This document shows, one piece after another, positions 60,676 through 64,000 of a DNA stretch of 64,000 bases. The stretch's first letter is position 1. Each line of letters starts with the position of its first letter. This stretch comes from Methanolinea sp. (lineage in GTDB: Archaea > Halobacteriota > Methanomicrobia > Methanomicrobiales > Methanospirillaceae). Below the pieces are notes generated by a model. The model did not search any database, was not told the origin of the DNA, and saw only the letters and a program-made list of their open reading frames with translations. A program made the position numbers and the translations under genes. The stretch is taken from NCBI GenBank assembly GCA_016699325.1, contig CP064971.1, positions 1,819,636 to 1,883,635 of the forward strand, read 5' to 3'.

Positions 60676-61311
60676 ATGAACACCGAAGAAATTGCAGGAA
60701 CATGCCAAAGGCTCGCATCACAAAAGACCCGTGGTGAGCTGGGCGGCGCGATTGCAGGGATAGTGCTCTCGTACTCCCCCAGGGACCTCCAGCGGATGCG
60801 GTGGAATTTTTCGGGGAAGATCCAGGACATGCCGCCGGAACTGCGGAAAAAACTCGAGGAGACCATCACCGGGCACCTGCAGGGGACCTACCAGGCACTC
60901 CGGCTCATGAACCAGCAGGGGACGTTTTCCTGCATGGATGAACCCCCTGCACAGGGTGCGGGTGCATACTGGAAGATGGTCGAAGCCCGGTGTTCTGCCG
61001 GGGACGCGGAAAAGGTCAGGCTAAGGTTCCTGAAATTTCTGCTCTCGGGGTTCTGCATGTTCGTGCAGCTACTCCCCGGCCACCCGGTCGGCATGCCGTT
61101 TCCCGGAGGAGAGAAAGTCAAGGTCATCGACGGGGTCTACTACTGCCCGGTCAGGGAGAAGGCAAACGATGTCGATTCGGCCCTCTGCCCCTTCTGCCCG
61201 GCCCTCCAGACCCCGGAGATCGGGTACCTGAAACCGCCGGTGGATTCCGGCAGGCACCGGAAGGAGGAGTTCCTCCGCCAGACCTTCGAACGGCACCATT
61301 ACAACGGGTGA
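60676..61311 (+). CDS. Conserved hypothetical Cys-containing protein (possibly DUF2115/UPF0305-like, unverified)
   Basis: Starts MNTEEIAGTCQRL. Motif PGHPVGMPFPGGEKV...YYCPVREKANDVDSALCPFCPA. Confidence 0.6.
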   Translation: MNTEEIAGTCQRLASQKTRGELGGAIAGIVLSYSPRDLQRMRWNFSGKIQDMPPELRKKLEETITGHLQGTYQALRLMNQQGTFSCMDEPPAQGAGAYWKMVEARCSAGDAEKVRLRFLKFLLSGFCMFVQLLPGHPVGMPFPGGEKVKVIDGVYYCPVREKANDVDSALCPFCPALQTPEIGYLKPPVDSGRHRKEEFLRQTFERHHYNG

Positions 61312-61436
61312 ATGGCCAGGGACCTTTTCCGGCAAAAGCGGTACGGGTTTTCCGGGAATCGGGGGCGTTCCTGCAGCGATTACTTTTTAACGAAACCCGC
61401 TAATCAATCATTATCTCAGTATCTGAGGTGTGACAC

Positions 61437-61742
61437 ATGGGTATGTTAAAAGAGTTCATGGACTTCCTCTACGAGTACAAGGTCATAGGGCTTGCAATCG
61501 CCTTCATCATCGGTGTTGCCGCAACGGCGCTGGTCAAGTCCCTGGTTGACAACATCGTGATGCCGGTAATCACCTTCTTTATCCCCGGCGGTGAGTGGCA
61601 GAATGCAACGCTTGTGCTCGGGTCGATTGTCATTTCATGGGGAAAATTCCTTGCCGACCTGATCTACTTTATCATCGTCGCATTTGTCGTCTTTATCGTC
61701 GCCAAGAAGGTGCTTAAGGAAGATAAAGTGACCAAGAAGTAA
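61437..61742 (+). CDS. mscL: Large-conductance mechanosensitive channel
   Basis: MLKEFMDFLYEYKVIGLAIAFIIGVAATALVKSLVDNIVMPVI is the canonical MscL N-terminus. 101 aa with two TM helices. Confidence 0.9.
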   Translation: MGMLKEFMDFLYEYKVIGLAIAFIIGVAATALVKSLVDNIVMPVITFFIPGGEWQNATLVLGSIVISWGKFLADLIYFIIVAFVVFIVAKKVLKEDKVTKK

Positions 61743-61819
61743 CCCCCTTTTTTTTCCTGTCCTTCAAATCCAGGACAAAGAGCCCTGTTATTCACAAATA
61801 CCTCTCACCGGAGGAGAGG

Positions 61820-62612
61820 CCGGTGCTGACCCGGACCCAAGATCCCGGTCTCCTGCTGGAACCGGTATCACTTCTGCGGATGGACGATCGCTTTCATGCT
61901 CCCGTCCCGGTGCCGGGCTGGAACCGGTATTCATTTCTGCGGATGGACGATCGCTTTCATGCTCCCGTCCCGGTGCCGGGCTGGAACCGGTATCACTCCT
62001 GCGGATGGACGATCGCCTTCAGGCTCCGGTCCCGGTGCCTTGCTGGAACCGGTATCATTCCTGCGGATGGACGATTGCCTTCACGCTCCCGCCCCGGTCT
62101 CCTGCTGGAACCGGTGTTACTCCTGCGGATGGACGATCGCCTTCACGCTCCCGTCCCGCTGCCGGGCTGGAACCAGTATCACTCCTGCGGATGGATGATC
62201 GCCTTCGGACTTCCGTCCCGGTGCCGGGCTGGAACCGGTGTTACTCCTGCGGATGGACGATCGCCTTCAGGCTTCCGTCCCGGTGCCGGGCTGGAACCGG
62301 TATCACTCCTGCGGATGGATGATCGCCTTCGGACTTCCGTCCCGGTGCCGGGTTGGAACCGGTATCACTCCTGCGGATGGATGATCGCCTTCACGCTCCC
62401 GCCCCGGTCTCCTGCTGGAACCGGTATCACTCCTGCGGATGGGCGATCGCCTTCATGCTCCTGTCCCGGTCTCCTGCTGGAACCGGTATCACTCCTGCGG
62501 ATGGATGATCGCCTTCACGCTCCCGCCCCGGTCTCCTGCTGGAACCGGTATCACTCCTGCGGATGGACGATCGCCTTCAGGCTCCCGTCCCGGTGCCGGG
62601 CTGTCAGGAGGA
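61820..62612. repeat. Tandem array of 12 x 62-bp units (first unit 63 bp) derived from the 3' end of the adjacent dehydrogenase gene
   Basis: Units start (TCA, the complement of the stop codon) at 61868, 61931, 61993, 62055, 62117, 62179, 62241, 62303, 62365, 62427, 62489 and 62551. The last unit is the real gene end. Confidence 0.95.
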
Positions 62613-63603
62613 ACCCCTTCACCGTTTCCCGTAACGGGAAAACATGGGTGATCATACCGGTCACATTGACCCTGCCATGCTGGATCCATTTCAGGGCGAT
62701 GGCCAGGTCATGGAAATCGGCGGCATAGGAATGGGTGATCGTGACCTCCTTCTGCCACAGGTCCCATACATTGATCCTGGACTGGACTTCAGGGTTGGTG
62801 GGGGCAAAAAAGAGGATCGTCCCCCCTGGTCCGATGGCTTCAAGTGACTGTTCCACGCAGACCGGGACCGGTGCGGTCACGATGACCGTATCTGCACCAG
62901 CCCCGCCGTTCAGTTCCCTGAACCGTGCCGGGACGTCTTCGGAAGCGGGAATGGTTGCATCGGCACCGAATCCCCGGGCGATCTCCAGCCGCTCGGGACT
63001 CGGGTTGGAGACCGCAATAAACCCCGCACCATTCAGCCGGGCGGCCTGGATATGGAGAAGCCCGGTGATACCGGCACCGATGACCAGGACCGATCGGCCA
63101 TCCGAGGTCGGGGCGAACCGCTGTCCCCGCACCACGCAACCCAGGGGTTCGACGAAGGTCCCGGCATCGAAGGAGACCGGGCCGGGAAGCCGCAGCATCC
63201 CCCTGTCCACGTTGATTTCGGGCAGCACAACGTATTCTGCAAACGCCCCGTACCCGTTCTTGAACTTTGTGGTATGCAGGGTCTTGCAGGCGGTCGCATG
63301 CCCGCGGATGCAGGCGTTGCAGGTGTTGCAGGGGACATGGTGAGTCACAACGACCCGGTCTCCCACCCTCCATTCCGGGTCAACCGCGGAGCCGACCTCG
63401 GCGATGGTCCCCGTGCACTCGTGGCCAAACGCCCCGATCCCCCCTGGTCGCCCGGCACGCTTCACCCGGTACCATTCCATCACATCCGACCCGCACACCC
63501 CGCAGGCCATGACCCTGACCCTGACCTCCCGGGGCCCCACGGTGAGATCGTCGACTTCCTCGATGCGGATGTCGCTGTTTGAGTAGTAGACCGCGGCTTT
63601 CAT
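62551..63603 (-). CDS. Zinc-dependent alcohol dehydrogenase family (MDR; threonine/sorbitol dehydrogenase-like)
   Basis: MKAAVYY...VMACGVCGSDV, GHECTGTIAEVG, a structural-Zn Cys cluster CNTCNACIRGHATAC, and the Rossmann motif VIGAGITGL. Confidence 0.9.
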   Translation of the reverse strand: MKAAVYYSNSDIRIEEVDDLTVGPREVRVRVMACGVCGSDVMEWYRVKRAGRPGGIGAFGHECTGTIAEVGSAVDPEWRVGDRVVVTHHVPCNTCNACIRGHATACKTLHTTKFKNGYGAFAEYVVLPEINVDRGMLRLPGPVSFDAGTFVEPLGCVVRGQRFAPTSDGRSVLVIGAGITGLLHIQAARLNGAGFIAVSNPSPERLEIARGFGADATIPASEDVPARFRELNGGAGADTVIVTAPVPVCVEQSLEAIGPGGTILFFAPTNPEVQSRINVWDLWQKEVTITHSYAADFHDLAIALKWIQHGRVNVTGMITHVFPLRETVKGFLLTARHRDGSLKAIVHPQE

Positions 63604-63633
63604 CGCATCACCGGGAAGCGCTGCATCGCAGGT

Positions 63634-64000
63634 TCAGTCAAGCTTCCGGGCACCGGGCAGGCAGGAGCTGTACACCTCAAGGGCTTCCCTTACCGTATGG
63701 TCTTCGTGGACGATTGCCCCAATCGCCCTGATCATGCCCACCGGGTTGTCGTCCTGGAAGATGTTCCGCCCGAAGTCAACCCCTGCCGCACCGGCCTGGA
63801 CCGAGTTGTAGGCCATCTCGAGCGCATCGGGAGGACTCGAATATTTCCCGCCGGCAACGACCACTGCCGTGGGAGCGACCCACTCCACCAGCTTCGGGAA
63901 TTCATCGCAGTAATAGGTCTTGATGATCCGGGCCCCGGCATCCTGGCAGATACGGGAAGCAAGGGCCAGGTAGCGAAGGTCCCGGGCCATGTCCTTTCCC
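63634..64000 (-). CDS. DhnA-type class I aldolase (FbaB / ADH-synthase AroA'-like), C-terminal part; 5' end outside the window
   Basis: IIKTYY...VVVAGG...GAAGVDFGRNIFQDDNPVGMIRAIGAIVHE is the typical C-terminus of this family. The ORF is open to the window edge. Confidence 0.8.
   Translation of the reverse strand, partial: GKDMARDLRYLALASRICQDAGARIIKTYYCDEFPKLVEWVAPTAVVVAGGKYSSPPDALEMAYNSVQAGAAGVDFGRNIFQDDNPVGMIRAIGAIVHEDHTVREALEVYSSCLPGARKLD

Noticed and set aside
61823-62728. A 301-aa + strand ORF, and overlapping ORFs in the other + frames, across the 62-bp array
   Set aside because: The 62-bp period is not divisible by 3, so the 'protein' cycles through all three frames every 186 bp. 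The frames are open only because the GC-rich unit has no stop codon on this strand.

Overview
The window looks like a GC-rich archaeal chromosome. The evidence is a PGF-CTERM sorting signal, a DUF2298 'YYY' membrane protein, a DhnA-type aldolase, a CBS-pyrophosphatase and MscL. A Methanomicrobiales-like methanogen is my inference only. GC-rich housekeeping blocks alternate with visibly AT-richer accessory islands. Main contents:

1. A complete type I-E CRISPR-Cas locus: cas3, cse1, cse2, cas7, cas5, cas6e, cas1, cas2 at 30.4-39.1 kb, then an 18-spacer array at 39167-40278.
2. A ~6.7 kb integrase-less element, all on the minus strand, that abuts the array exactly where its last repeat is cut after 13 nt. 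It encodes a primase-polymerase/P-loop helicase.
3. An AT-rich four-gene minus-strand operon (52.8-57.3 kb): DUF1998-like protein, NERD + SF1 helicase, m5C methyltransferase, HhH-GPD mismatch glycosylase. This is my best candidate for an undescribed defence system. It resembles DISARM and Nhi but matches neither.
4. A ~185-nt structured leader conserved upstream of that operon and of a second AT-rich operon of secreted W/Y-rich proteins (18.0-25.7 kb).
5. A 12-copy 62-bp tandem array made from the last 16 codons plus stop of an alcohol dehydrogenase gene.
6. Many IS copies and relics (three IS4/IS1634-like families, rve and IS256 fragments), a RelE-type toxin killed by a nonsense codon, and several genes broken by frameshifts.

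Several of these frameshifts sit in or beside short homopolymer runs, so some may be sequencing errors. I found no tRNA or rRNA. All calls come from reading motifs in the supplied translations and the DNA; no database search was run.
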